Positions 1 to 12,496 are shown, counted from the first letter of the whole stretch. The stretch is DNA of 62,910 nt, filler included, from Octopus bimaculoides (GCF_001194135.2; 11 parts of 9 records of this genome joined end to end with filler, not necessarily neighbours in it), one strand, 5' to 3'. Program-made: numbers and translations. Notes: a model not told the origin generated them from the sequence alone.

Positions 1-130
1 AAAAACCCAATAGGGTCGAAGTGTATAGACTTATACACCTCTTCCACAAAAAATATTTTAAAACTGCAAAAGTTTTGACATATAAAAGGCCAACTTACTT
101 GCGAGCCGATGTGACTAGCATCCGTCCAGA

Positions 131-136
131 TCAGAG

Positions 137-192
<56 letters not shown>

Positions 193-295
193 ACATACAA
201 GCATACATATATACATACATAATACACTCCCTCATACATACATGTACACACACATATGTATTTGTGTGTGTATATATATATTTAAATACACACAC

Positions 296-337
<42 letters not shown>
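131..337. repeat. (GATA)n at ~131-192 and (TAG)n at ~296-337 microsatellites
   Basis: Directly visible tandem tetra- and trinucleotide arrays. Confidence 0.95.
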
Positions 338-338
<1 letters not shown>

Positions 339-964
339 TGCTTTTCAAAGCCCGTATTCAGCTATTGGCTTCAGGTATTCTTTTGTGTCCGTTGAGTTTA
401 TAAAAATATAAGAGAAACAAAATGGAATTCACGAAACTCTTTGATAAGAACCACTACGATCGTTTCGACCCCTCACGCACCGGTACCTTGCTGCTGAGAT
501 GCAGTACAAACAATTTTGCTACAACGTAGATATAAATGTGTTTTCTCGGGTAACTTTTAAAAAAGTACCTCGTTTTTTATTTGCCCTTTCGCTTATTTCT
601 ATATCAATTCATTTTGGTAAATGTCCATAAGGACAACCGTCTAAGTTTTTCCTCTTAAAACAGTCATGCAGCTGTTGTCTTAGATTCCCGAATACGCCGA
701 GATAATGCAGTTTATGAAATATCTTTCCTTAACCGACTTTGTAGAAGAAAAATGCCGTTATGATATCAAGGAATACCACATTCACATTTTAATATATGAC
801 TTGAAACTAATCTGATGAAATGCCTCTCAGATATAATTAAATAATTAATAATCAACCGCACATATTGTGTAGATTTTCACACGGAAGCATTTGCATGCAA
901 CGTGGTAAGTAACGGAGAGGTACACAAACAATTATAATTAATAATTAAGTTGTGCTATATTCAT

Positions 965-1002
965 GCTTCGTCTTACTACTTATATGGTGTGTGTGTGAGT
1001 GT

Positions 1003-1065
<63 letters not shown>

Positions 1066-1238
1066 TTATATATACATATGTACATATATATGTGTATGTA
1101 TGCATGTGCATGTATATGTGTATATATGTGTATGTATACATGTCTATGTGTGCATGTGCTTGTAAGTATGTATGTATATATGTATAGACAGACAAACACA
1201 CAGACAGACAAACACACAGACAGACAAACGGATAGATG

Positions 1239-1292
<54 letters not shown>

Positions 1293-1916
1293 CAGATATG
1301 AGTTGCTATAACTGTACACAACACACCCATCCTAGACAGCACCCTCTAAACTTTCCATCCACCCACAAGGTTTACAACAAAATACCATATCCACCATTTT
1401 GTTTATGGACCTCTTCCACTTCTGCTACACTGAACCATGTAACACGTCGACCAAGCCACCACGCATATTTTCACATTCTTGCTATACCACAACCATATAT
1501 GCTTGGCATTAAAAATTTATCACACCATCCCTACTGTGGACGGCACCAATCCCTGCCTACAAATTTCTGACCGGATCGAGCGGCAGACGTCCAACTAGAA
1601 CGCGAACCACATCGATCTCAGCTGCCTGGAGTGTCTGAAAATGTCATGCCTGACACTCATGCTCTTTCACGAATATAAATAAATATGTGCGTGGATGTAT
1701 GTGTGTGTGTGTGTGTGTGCGCGCGCGTGCGTGTGTGCGTGTGTGCGTGTGTGTTTGTGTGTGTGTATATATGTTGTGCTTATATGTATGTGTGTATGCA
1801 CACACGCACAAAGACACATTTTTATGTGTGCGTGTGTGCATGTGTGTGTGAAAGTGAGATTACGTATATAGGTATATATATATATAATACGATAATACAC
1901 ACACACACACACACAT

Positions 1917-1947
<31 letters not shown>

Positions 1948-1985
1948 CATACATACATACATACATACATACATACATACATACA
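965..1985. repeat. Compound microsatellites (TA)n, (TG)n, (GATA)n, (CATA)n with a unique island at ~1298-1680
   Basis: Directly visible; they produce the YI/HT/VC-repeat pseudo-ORFs. Similar compound arrays recur throughout the window (e.g. 6960-7300, 12150-12450, 27735-28330, 32020-32500, 42200-42900, 44460-45050, 52370-52710, 55500-55865). Confidence 0.95.
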
Positions 1986-3063
1986 TGTGTATATACCTGG
2001 CGAGCTATATTTTCTGGCTATCTATTTAATTACAGATCTATCTATTTACCAAAATTAGTTATTTACCTCTCCAACTAAATCTATCGATTAATTTTTATAT
2101 TTCTCTGTTATCGATCTATCTCGCTACTTAGTAAATTTGTGTGTCCAAATAAATGTTTTAACTGTTATGTGCATATGTGTTCGTAAATGGCGGAGTGCTT
2201 TTTAACCCTAGGGGGCTGGTCACATTTCAAATAATTATTGTAATCGTCATATTTAATTAACTCCATCAAAACCAGTCATTAAAGGCAATTATTAAACTGT
2301 TTAAATCTGTTCAACAAAAGCCATAATCACTCTGGCAAGAACTCTTTTAATTAAAGTAATTATCGATCTGGTTAAAGGCCATTTTCATAAATGTAATTTG
2401 TCAAAACTATCATATTCCATTCAAATTCATGAGGGCCTAACGGGCTGATTTTACCGAAATTGGTTGTTATTGTTTATCCTCAGGTCAGTGTTGACCGAAC
2501 AGACTCTTGGTCAGAGGCGTTGAAGCAGCGATTGTTTCCGTCCATCGATTTTCTCCGCCCTCTATTCCTGAGAGCAGGGCTAGTTTTGAGTCATTTAGAC
2601 AGATTTACTCAAATTGGCACCGCGCCAAGAGAAGGTTCCGCACACATACTCGAGCGGAGGACACTATGACGAATTTTTAGCATATCACTGTGGATAAAGG
2701 TAAAACCTCAAGCCCTGAAAGCCTTTTGGCTGAGACTGGTGTACTACACGAAGTATAAAACATCCGTCTTTAGCATCTGTTGAGTAAAGGGCCTCACTGA
2801 CAATTCTCTACTTGGGCCAGGTACTTCCTAGCGCTGGCCCTGCCTGAGAGTATTATGAGGGTGGAGTCCTCAAGCACCTCTTCTACTGAGTCCTATCAGA
2901 AATTGAATTGGAATGTCACAAAGAGCAGAAACTAGCAGAATAGCTCAAACGCTACTGGCTAGATTCAATTGGTGTCTCTTCTACAATGTTCCGTGTACAT
3001 TTGGATAGAGGGTGGAAGCGCCACTATTCAGAGGTGGTACCAACTACGTCTCTGACTATATTA

Positions 3064-3086
<23 letters not shown>

Positions 3087-3119
<33 letters not shown>

Positions 3120-5232
3120 TGAGATTCTGTCCGTTTGTTTGTTTGTCTGTTTAGCAAAATAAAACCAAATGGTTCAGGGGAAACTATTATGCTATTGCCT
3201 AATTTGTCTCAACCAAAATTATGCAATGGTACAACACTAATTGTGCACAAACTTATGAGGAACTGTATTGAGAAAAATATTCTCACTGGTTGTGGTAAAG
3301 GTGAACCGTCTTCATTCCTCGTATACCAGTTATACCATGTAATGTCCCATCCCAATTTAAACGGTTACAGTTTCCTATCCGAGTTTCTTTTGTCACGAGC
3401 ATTAATAAAAGTCAGAGTCAAATACTAAAATTTGCTGGATTGTAACTTGAAGAACCATGCTTTTCACATGGCCAACTTTACGTAGGAGCTATATGCAATG
3501 CGGCTTTGATTGAAATAGATCAAATTATTTCGATGGGAGGTGAACCTATAGAAAATTTAGGTCTCCCACTAACTAATAGAGGGGATCTTAACAGTCTTCT
3601 ACTGATATAATGAGGGAAATTTCCTGATATGGAGGAACTGACCATGTACATAAATGGTAATCTTCCCAAGCTTCTACCTGATCAACGTGGTGCATATTCT
3701 ACTGTCATAGAAAGCATTAACAAGAACATACGAGTCTTTATTTCTTAGACACTCCAGGAGGTATTCCGGAATAGGTAAACTAATGCAAAGATGTCAATTG
3801 TCTGGGATGAATGTACCATGACCCACAAAAAAGCTTTTGATGCTGTGGACAGAAAATTACGAGACATTAGAAATTGTAATTCAATGATGGGAAATGTCAC
3901 AGTATTATTGTCAAGAGACTTCCGACAAGCACTACTCGTTGTTCCAAGAGGAACAAAAGTGGATGAGCTCAATGCTTCAATAAAATCTGTATTATGGCAT
4001 CATGTGAAAACACTTCAACTTTCGACAAATATGAGATCGAGGCTTTCAAGAGATCAATCAGCTAAACTGTTTGCAGAACAGCTTTTGAAACTCGGTGAAG
4101 AAAGAGTCCCAATTGATGAAAAACAGTTTCTTACTCTTAATCCAATATGTAATTCAACTGATTCCGTCGACGATTTGGTGGATGAAATCTTTCCTAATCT
4201 TCTTCACAATTACAATAATACAGAATGGATCTGTGAGCGAGCTATCCTGGCTCCAAAAAATGTTTTTGTACATAGAAATATTTACTTATAACTCAATTGA
4301 TAGTGTTGTTGATGATCAGAATATTGTTAACCACCCCATCGAATTTTTGAACTCACTACAACCATCAGGTACAGCTCCTCATTGTCTACAGCTGAAAAAA
4401 GGAATCCTATAATGCTATTGCGCAATTTGTCTCAGCCAAAACACTAATTATACACAAACTTATAACGAACTGCACTGAGGCAAATATTCTTAATGGTTGT
4501 GGTAGAGGTGAGAATGTCTTCACTCCTCGCATACCAATTATACCACCTGATGTCCCATTTCAATTTAAGCGGATAAAGCTTCCTATCTGAGTTTCTTTTA
4601 CCAAGAGAATTAATAAAAATCAGGGCCAAACACTAAAAGTTACTGGATTGTAACTTGAAGAACCATGCTTTTCACATGGCCAATTTTATGTAGAAGTATC
4701 ACGCGTGAAGACAAAAGCAAATCTTTTTGCTTATGCAGCCCGAAAATAAAACAAAAAACATTTTTTATAAAGAACTATTCACTCTTAATGCAACATGAAT
4801 ACTTCAATAATTTAATTTGCCATTACTATCATTACATTCAAGAATGAGTAAATTACCTATTTAAATTAAGTGTATAATATAATTGCTATTACTGTATTCA
4901 TAAATATAACACATACAACTCACTTATTATTGTCACATAATAAACAAACAGAAGTCCATGTATGAAGTTGATCTTTTTTCTACTTCAATTATTATATGAG
5001 ATCGAGGCTTTTAAGAGGTGAATCAATTGAACTATTTGCAGAGCAGCTTCGAAACTCGGTGAAAGAAGAGTTCCTGTTGATGAAGAACAGTTTCTTACAC
5101 TCAATCCAATATGTAATTCAACTGATTCCGTCGATGATTTGGTGGATGAAATCTTTCTATATAATATTTTGAATGTGGCTTCTGAGAAACAGTAAAAGTA
5201 ATTACCCGATCAACGACGGGTATTGCTGCTAA
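3087..5232 (+). mobile_element. Non-autonomous, internally rearranged Helitron with Pif1-helicase fragments and both termini
   Basis: 5' end TC(TA)n-AAAAGTGAGATTCTGTCCGTTTGTTTG resembles typical Helitron 5' termini. 3' end has a hairpin ACCCG...CGGGT (5204-5221) followed by CTAA (5229-5232, CTRR) then T. Internal translations match Helitron helicase motifs (IVWDECTM, DFRQ, IMLL(R/P)NLSQPKLCNGT, PCFSHGQ(L/F)YV). Confidence 0.85.
3495..4700 (+). pseudogene. Helitron Pif1-family helicase, frameshifted and internally deleted
   Basis: ORF 3791-4291 (IVWDECTMTHKKAFDAVDRKLRDIR...DFRQALLVVPRGT...ERAILAPKN) continues by frameshift into PIEFLNSLQPSGTAPH and FSHGQFYV. The Walker A GKT is missing after LDTPGG. 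Confidence 0.88.
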
Positions 5233-5959
5233 TATTTTTATATGTCAGAGACTACATTATTCTATGTATCCGAATGTGAAGCTGTAAGTTGTAATATGAT
5301 TGAAATTTGACAATTATTTCTAGCAGGCTGAACGACCGCTTAGAGACACCCTTGATTTTTGAACGTTGATATGGTGTGTGCTTTGGACAATGTGTATTTA
5401 TTTCACCACTACCAGAGGTAAATACAGTACTCAGTACAGCGTGTGAAGAAGTGGTTAAGAAAATGAAAAGATGTTAGTGTCACATATGTCAAGCATACTG
5501 TGTTATTTGATTGGCAGAAATACCAATATGCACGGAAACGAAAGGGCAACTTGCTTTGTACTATTCAGTAATTACTGCTGGCTGTTTATTATTTCGGAGA
5601 TGCTCATATTGCAAACAGATAAATACTTTCTCCTCTAAGAATACTCGAGATAAATCTGCTCAGTAATAGCTTTAGAAATACTATAACACCGATTATAATA
5701 TTACGAGATTCATTAGGAACTTATTTACTACTTATATTTCATGATAATAATGTTGGTCGGACCTAGATGAAAAAATCTTTTTGAAACAGAAGATTTTAAA
5801 ATTATGATTGAATAAAGACGAAAAATTATGCGTAACGACGAGTTATCAGATAAACTATTTAAAATAATGAATAAAAATAAACTACTTTATATTGAAAAGA
5901 AAAAAATGATTTAAAGATATGTCAATGGAACATTTGAGTAGTATCCGGTTTAAAATTTC

Positions 5960-6080
5960 TGGTTAAGAAGTTCACTTCGCAACCACCTAACTGAAGGTTC
6001 AGTCCCTTTCCGCGGCACCTTGGGCAAGGGTAACTACGGGTTGACAACTGCCTTGTGTTGTGAGTGAATTTCGACGTGTG
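5960..6080 (+). mobile_element. Degenerate 5' part of tRNA-derived CORE-type SINE (OR2-like)
   Basis: GGTTCAGTCCC...CGCGGCACCTTGGGCAAG resembles the better copy at 19608-19776. Confidence 0.55.
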
Positions 6081-6099
6081 ATACCGTGAAGCTAGACAA

Positions 6100-6215
6100 G
6101 TTTTTTTTCGCTCACTCCGCCTTTTTCTTCGTTTTCTTTTCTGATTTCTTTCTGTCCAAGAGCGTAGGCTCGAAAACGTCACTTTTTCATTTTTCCCGAG
6201 CATCAAACTAATACA
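6100..6215 (+). mobile_element. Penelope-like terminal-repeat fragment with a degenerate hammerhead-like motif
   Basis: GAGC-GTAG-GCTC stem followed by GAAAACGTC; the downstream GCATCAAACTAATACA is shared with 59425-59445. The CTGANGA core is not intact. Confidence 0.4.
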
Positions 6216-7544
6216 ACCGCAGTCAAATTATTGAAAGAAGTAAAAGATAAAAGATAAACGATAAACATTGCTCTCAATAATTGTGGACAGACTTGGTTTC
6301 AGAGAAATTCCAGAGCTAAAATTGTATTTCGTCGCATTTGATGAAATACGATTAAACGATCGTATTTATGTAAGTTTTACTGATGGCTTATCAGAAAAAA
6401 TACCGTAAACCTTATAGCAAATGACTACCAAATTATGGATAAGTAAGAACGACAATCACAAATCCAAACTTTAAAATATCTCAAGATAGCAGTAACCTTG
6501 AGGTGAACTTCAGCAAGAGCTTAGACAACATAAGTCATTCGCTTATCAAGGCCTCCCATTCAGTTTGATTGACGGCATCCTGGACGAACAAGGCATTTTG
6601 CACCAGCTCGACTATAGAATCTTAGCGAAGTGATAAATGGCTTTCTACTTTTAAGGCAGTGTCCTGAATTTTCTGTGAAGTTATTTACATATTTAACTGC
6701 CACTTCTATCACGATATATTCATGCAATAGAGCTAGTCGCTTTTGATGGGGGATCTGGTTCATAGATTTCAAGGCGTATCTACACGTTCTGTGGGTTATT
6801 CGCTATACATCTGGGAGCCAAATCACTTCCAAGGCGCCTGTGGTCTAACATCTGCATATATATTTTATACACACATACATGCGCGCCCATGTGAATGCGT
6901 AATCAAGGGTATGAATGGTTGTTATATATTTATACGTCTTTTGTCTATCTATATGCCGAGCAATTATCGACACACACGCATACGCGCACACACAGACACA
7001 CACACACACACACACACATATGTGTATATATATGCACACACAGGCACACACGTAAATGTGTGTGTTGTGTGTGTGTTTGTGTGTGTTTGTGTGTGTATGT
7101 ACGTATGCGTGGGTGGACTTTTCGTGGCTATGCGTGTGTTTGTATGTGTTTACAAGAGGATCGTGCGCACGAATTTGAGTTTGTACAAACACACACGCAT
7201 GTCTATGCATATACATGCACACACACACACACACACACACAAATACTCATACATATATCTATGTACACACACACACATATACACACACAAACCACACACA
7301 CAGCTATATTTACGGTCATGCTGGCAATAGAAATACAGATGGTTTATATACATGCATGTCTATATGTACACATGTATTTACATAGGGAAGCTCCGTTCAT
7401 TCCGAAGCCGAGAGTGATAAACGCCATCTGTCACGGAATAAAAACTCTTATATATTATATACACTCTCACACAGACACACCCAATCAACTTTTCAAATCT
7501 GATCAAAGACACGAGGTGTTAAATAAATTGTAAAAATAAAAATA

Positions 7545-7555
7545 AAATGATAATG

Positions 7556-7647
<92 letters not shown>

Positions 7648-7661
7648 AAGAAGAAGAAGAA
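7545..7661. repeat. (TAA)n followed by (GAA)n microsatellite
   Basis: Directly visible. Confidence 0.95.
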
Positions 7662-7764
7662 TGAGGGTCTAACCGAGCAAAATAGGAATCAAAGGAGTTC
7701 CATTAGTAAAAATAAATGGTCGAGAATCGCTGGTTTACTGCGTCTTTCTTACCATTAATAATTC

Positions 7765-8095
7765 TTTCTACTGTACACACAAGGCCTGAAATTCTGGGGG
7801 AGGGGAATAGTCGATTACATCAACCCTAGTGTTCAACTGGTGTTTATTTCATCGATCCCGAAAGAATGAGAGGAAAAGTCGACCTCGGCGGAATTCGAAC
7901 TCAACACGTTAAAGACGAATGAAATGCCGTCAAGAATTTTGTTCGACGTGCTAACGATTATGCCAGCTCGTCGTCTTCTTTCCATTAATAATGATTTCAA
8001 ATTTTGGCACAAGGTCAGCAATTTTGGAGGGGCAATAAGTCGATATCATCGACCTCGGCTCTCAACTGATATTTATTTTATCGACTCGCCGCCTT
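7765..8095 (-). mobile_element. tRNA-derived SINE (octopus OK-like family): near-full copy 7765-7977 plus partial copy ~7990-8095
   Basis: Reverse complement matches the GGCGGCGAGCTGGCAGAA...GAGTTCAAATTCCGCCGAGGTCGAC...TCATCCTTTCGGGGTCGATAAA consensus seen in other copies in this window. The family name comes from recall. Confidence 0.8.
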
Positions 8096-8602
8096 CTTCT
8101 TTCCATTAATAATAACTTGAAACATCACCTATAAAATATTTTAAAAACAATAACGTTTAAATGTAATCTAAAATATTGACTGTATCACATAGAGAACCAT
8201 CATTAATTAATTAATGTACAAGATAAAAAGAAAAAAACATAAAATCAATAACAAAATAAAGCAGGCGAATAAAGTTTATAAAACACAATGAATTGTTGCC
8301 GTGTCTAGCGTGACAATTCGTCACAGAAGAAAACACAAAAAACAAGTAGACATAAGTGTCTCCATTGCGACCACAGTATCACCACTACGAACAAACATTG
8401 AGTCAACAATGGAGACACAATGTGAACGTTCAGTTTGCTAGAATTAGCATCCAAATTTCCTTCGAGTCATATCTTACTGCCTTAGAAAGAGAGGGATACA
8501 TCAATTAATATAATCCTAGATACACTATCTCAACAGAAAATGTATGGCTATGGCTCGATGAGTAAAAGTATGCTCGATTAGTGCTGATCTGAGACGAAAC
8601 AA

Positions 8603-8671
<69 letters not shown>

Positions 8672-9279
8672 CACACATATGTATATTATATATATTTTAT
8701 TTATTACATATCTATGCGTAGTATAGAATAANNNNNNNNNNNNNNNNNNNNNNNNNNNNNNNNNNNNNNNNNNNNNNNNNNNNNNNNNNNNNNNNNNNNN
8801 NNNNNNNNNNNNNNNNNNNNNNNNNNNNNNNNNNNNNNNNNNNNNNNNNNNNNNNNNNNNNNNNNNNNNNNNNNNNNNNNNNNNNNNNNNNNNNNNNNNN
8901 NNNNNNNNNNNNNNNNNNNNNNNNNNNNNNNNNNNNNNNNNNNNNNNNNNNNNNNNNNNNNNNNNNNNNNNNNNNNNNNNNNNNNNNNNNNNNNNNNNNN
9001 NNNNNNNNNNNNNNNNNNNNNNNNNNNNNNNNNNNNNNNNNNNNNNNNNNNNNNNNNNNNNNNNNNNNNNNNNNNNNNNNNNNNNNNNNNNNNNNNNNNN
9101 NNNNNNNNNNNNNNNNNNNNNNNNNNNNNNNNNNNNNNNNNNNNNNNNNNNNNNNNNNNNNNNNNNNNNNNNNNNNNNNNNNNNNNNNNNNNNNNNNNNN
9201 NNNNNNNNNNNNNNNNNNNNNNNNNNNNNNNNNNNNNNNNNNNNNNNNNNNNNNNNNNNNNNNNNNNNNNNNNNNNNNG

Positions 9280-9445
9280 AAATGAGAACCCAGGTTCGAA
9301 ATTTCCCCAAGACACCTGATGAAGACTGGAGGGTATATCAGCCGAAACGTTGTGTTAACAACAAACAAGATGAGGACAAATATCCGTCAAATGTAAATAA
9401 TGTAAATAATGTACATAATTCCTCATCTCTTAAATATAGAACTGT
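9280..9445 (+). mobile_element. Penelope-like element terminal repeat (pLTR)
   Basis: Shares GGAGGGTATATCAGCCGAAA-GTTGTGTTAACAACAAACAAGATGAGGACAAATATC with 14340-14425 (-) and 14970-15060 (+), which adjoin a Penelope-like ORF N-terminus. Contains a hammerhead core. Confidence 0.75.
9312..9355 (+). ncRNA. Minimal type I hammerhead ribozyme motif (Penelope-type)
   Basis: Stem I ACAC(9312-9315)/GTGT(9352-9355); core CTGATGA(9316-9322); stem II GACTGG/TCAGCC with one mismatch; GAAA(9344-9347); palindromic ACGT stem III; GTT cleavage triplet. Confidence 0.7.
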
Positions 9446-10117
9446 GAAAGGATTTTGTCTATTTACTTCGACTGTCAACCTGCGCAGTGACCCATTCAGG
9501 AAACAGGATTTGGAAGCTGTCATTTTGTCTTCGTTTAAATAAATGTTTACGTTAATTTAAAAGATTTCTCGAAATCCTCTAATTTAGCTGTTATTTATTT
9601 TTAGCACAACACGCGTTATGCCTCCGGTAATTTTCTTTCATGTAAATGAATGTTTATGTTAATTTAAAAGATTTTCAAATTCGTTGCATGTACATAGATT
9701 TTTTGCATGATGGGTCTTCCGTACTTTTTTAATTTATATCGTCGTATACTGGCATAGAGAATATTTTTTAACTGTGATTAAATTGACTAGGAACACTGCA
9801 TGCGATGAATAACCAATATCAAACAATCTTAATCTACATATTTAAGCTGCATTAAACTTTGGTAAGCTTACCTTTACCTATTACATGAAAGTTACATGAA
9901 AGGTGATGTTCCATTTCATCTCTTCTATTTGCTAATACCTTTGTTTACCTACCAGTGCGTTGTTTCACTTTAAGGAAGCTTATTTACCTATCCATTATGA
10001 TATTATGACTGTTGTCCATTGTTTCAAATACGCTTTAGTATTGAGGTTCTAGCCTTTTTTAAACAATCACATATGATTCGTCCCAAAGAATCAACCTTTA
10101 AATAAGAGTTTTGCTAC

Positions 10118-11507
10118 GACTAGCGAAAGATATACGTTTCTTTCAGAAAGCTCCATACCAATTTCTCTCTATGCAGCATTCGCTGTTACTTTATGTGCAA
10201 GCTATGTGGGAAGACAGAATAAAGGGGCTTTTGCTACCTGATAATAGAATCGATAATCACTTGGTACACTAAAACCCATTTTCTTTTCCAGATAATACAA
10301 GCATGCCACCTAAAAAGAGAGCACACATTGGCAGAAAGTCTTCTAAAGTGGCAAGGCAGCAGCCTGGCAGGCTACGGAAACTGAGGACCAGAGGTCCTGT
10401 AGACTGTTGAACAGAGATGCCGCTGCTAGAGCTGCAACTAATCCAGAGCAGCGTGAAACCTTTAGAGTGCGTGCTACTGACGCTAGGGCCCCACAAAAGT
10501 GTGTNNNNNNNNNNGACTAGCGAAAGATATACGTTTCTTTCAGAAAGCTCCATACCAATTTCTCTCTATGCAGCATTCGCTGTTACTTTATGTGCAAGCT
10601 ATGTGGGAAGACAGAATAAAGGGGCTTTTGCTACCTGATAATAGAATCGATAATCACTTGGTACACTAAAACCCATTTTCTTTTCCAGATAATACAAGCA
10701 TGCCACCTAAAAAGAGAGCACGCATTGGCAGAAAGTCTTCTAAAGTGGCAAGGCAGCAGCCTGGCAGGCTACGGAAACTGAGGACCAGAGGTCCTGTAGA
10801 CTGTTGAACAGAGATGCCGCTGCTAGAGCTGCAACTAATCCAGAGCAGCGTGAAACCTTTAGAGTGCGTGCTACTGACGCTAGGGCCCCACAAAAGTGTG
10901 TATCCGTTGGGCACGCAACGCTGCATCCACTTCTACTACGAGGGCTGAAGAAGCCTCGGAAGTGAGTGCTATCCGTCGGGTACGCATCACTGCAAGGTTA
11001 GCAAATGACGATAACTATCGGATGATGAGACTTCAATCTAATGTTCACCGGAAGGCTCTAGCCCATGGCTATTGGAAGCCATCGAATAAGTCGATGGGCG
11101 TCAAAGGCTTTCAGCTATTCTCCTGCCGAGGATTACACCACTCATCGAGAGAATGTTACGGGGGATATGTCTGTAATATGTCCATTTGCAAGGCCCTCAA
11201 GTGGGTTAGAGAATCCAGTAGCCTACACTGCTCAAACGGAAATGTTCGATTGCCTGACCTGCAAAACACTCCCCAGCCTTTTCTCTCTTTACCTTTTGGT
11301 CAACACCCTGATTCGCATCAATTTATACAGAAAATTCGCGCTTATAATTCTGCCTTCCAGATGACAAGTTTCAGTCACAAGCCCATTCATGAAGACTCCT
11401 GTATGCCAACGTTCAAAATTCAGGCCCAAACCTATCATCAGATAGGTTCTATTCTTCCTGTCAACAACGCTGAACACCGAGTCCCTCAAATTTACTTCAT
11501 GGGATAN
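10118..11507 (+). mobile_element. Helitron 5' region and RepHel N-terminal coding remnant
   Basis: ATG at 10700 (MPPKKRARIGRKSSK...), preceded by an acceptor-like TTTTCTTTTCCAG. Then ATETEDQRS-type charged repeats, a C..CKALKW...CSNGNVRLP zinc-finger-like segment, and IRAYNSAFQMTSF, MPTFKIQAQTYHQIGSILP, QIYFMG, all typical of Helitron RepHel upstream of the Rep domain. Frameshifted; ends at a gap. Confidence 0.88.
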
Positions 11508-11517
11508 NNNNNNNNNC

Positions 11518-11625
11518 TTACAAAGAATAAGTTCTGGTATTGATTTCTTCGACCAAAACCCTTTCAGGTGGTGCTCCAGTATGACCGCAGTCAAATGACT
11601 GGAACAAGTAAAAGAATAAAAGAAT
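11518..11625 (+). mobile_element. 3' part of OR2-like SINE
   Basis: CTTACAAAGAATAAG...GGTGCTCCAG.ATG.CCGCAGTCAAATGACTG.AACAAGTAAAAG is shared with 37660-37795 and 55996-56195. Confidence 0.75.
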
Positions 11626-11718
11626 ACATAATAAAAACATACATACATACAAACATACATCCATCCATCCATACATACATACATACATAGACATACAAAT
11701 ACATGTATATGCACACAC

Positions 11719-11773
<55 letters not shown>

Positions 11774-12181
11774 CAAATAGAGAGTGGGAGAGAGAGAGAG
11801 TAGATAAAAACATATAAGCAAAGAATATGTATATATTAAAAAAGTCAAGCGTTTAAAAAATGGAGAAAAAGAAAGAAAATCAACAAAATATGTTGTAAAA
11901 GTTCTAATAAAGATAATTGCCAAAATTCAAAGATTGCCAGGCAGCAGAGGCAGCAGCAAAAGTAGCAGTAGAAGCAGCCTGAGATGAAGGAAGATTTAAA
12001 CTTGTGTGTATGTGTGGTTGTTATGCGATAAAGTCGGCGATACGAGCATTTTCGGGAACGTTCTGGATGGTTTCAGATGCTGCTGCACCTGTTTGGTTGA
12101 TGTAGTTCGGGTAATCTTGATGCCCCTACACTAGACTTCCTATGACATGTTAATACACACCCACTCACACACACGTATGTA

Positions 12182-12243
<62 letters not shown>

Positions 12244-12419
12244 TGTATGTATGTATGTATGTATGTATGCATGCATATATGTATATATGTATGTATGCAT
12301 GTATGGATATGTGTTTGTATATATATACGTGTGAGCGTACGTATATATGTATGTATATATATGTATGCATGCATGTATGTATATATGTATGTATGCATAC
12401 ATATATGTATGTATGCATG

Positions 12420-12452
<33 letters not shown>

Positions 12453-12496
12453 NNNNNNNNNNNNNNNNNNNNNNNNNNNNNNNNNNNNNNNNNNNN

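Noticed and set aside
422-530. YDRFDPSRTGTL resembling an EF-hand loop
   Set aside because: The ORF is only ~36 codons, lacks the conserved downstream Glu, and has no supporting splice structure.
6495-6720. Very faint RT-like words (NFSKSLDNISHSL; RQCPEFS)
   Set aside because: Too degenerate to support a LINE call without a profile search.
10118-10901. 387-bp tandem duplication (10118-10504 and 10515-10901)
   Set aside because: The copies differ at one noticed base and are separated by a 10-N gap. This is most likely unmerged overlapping contig ends or two haplotypes, although a real tandem duplication cannot be excluded without reads.
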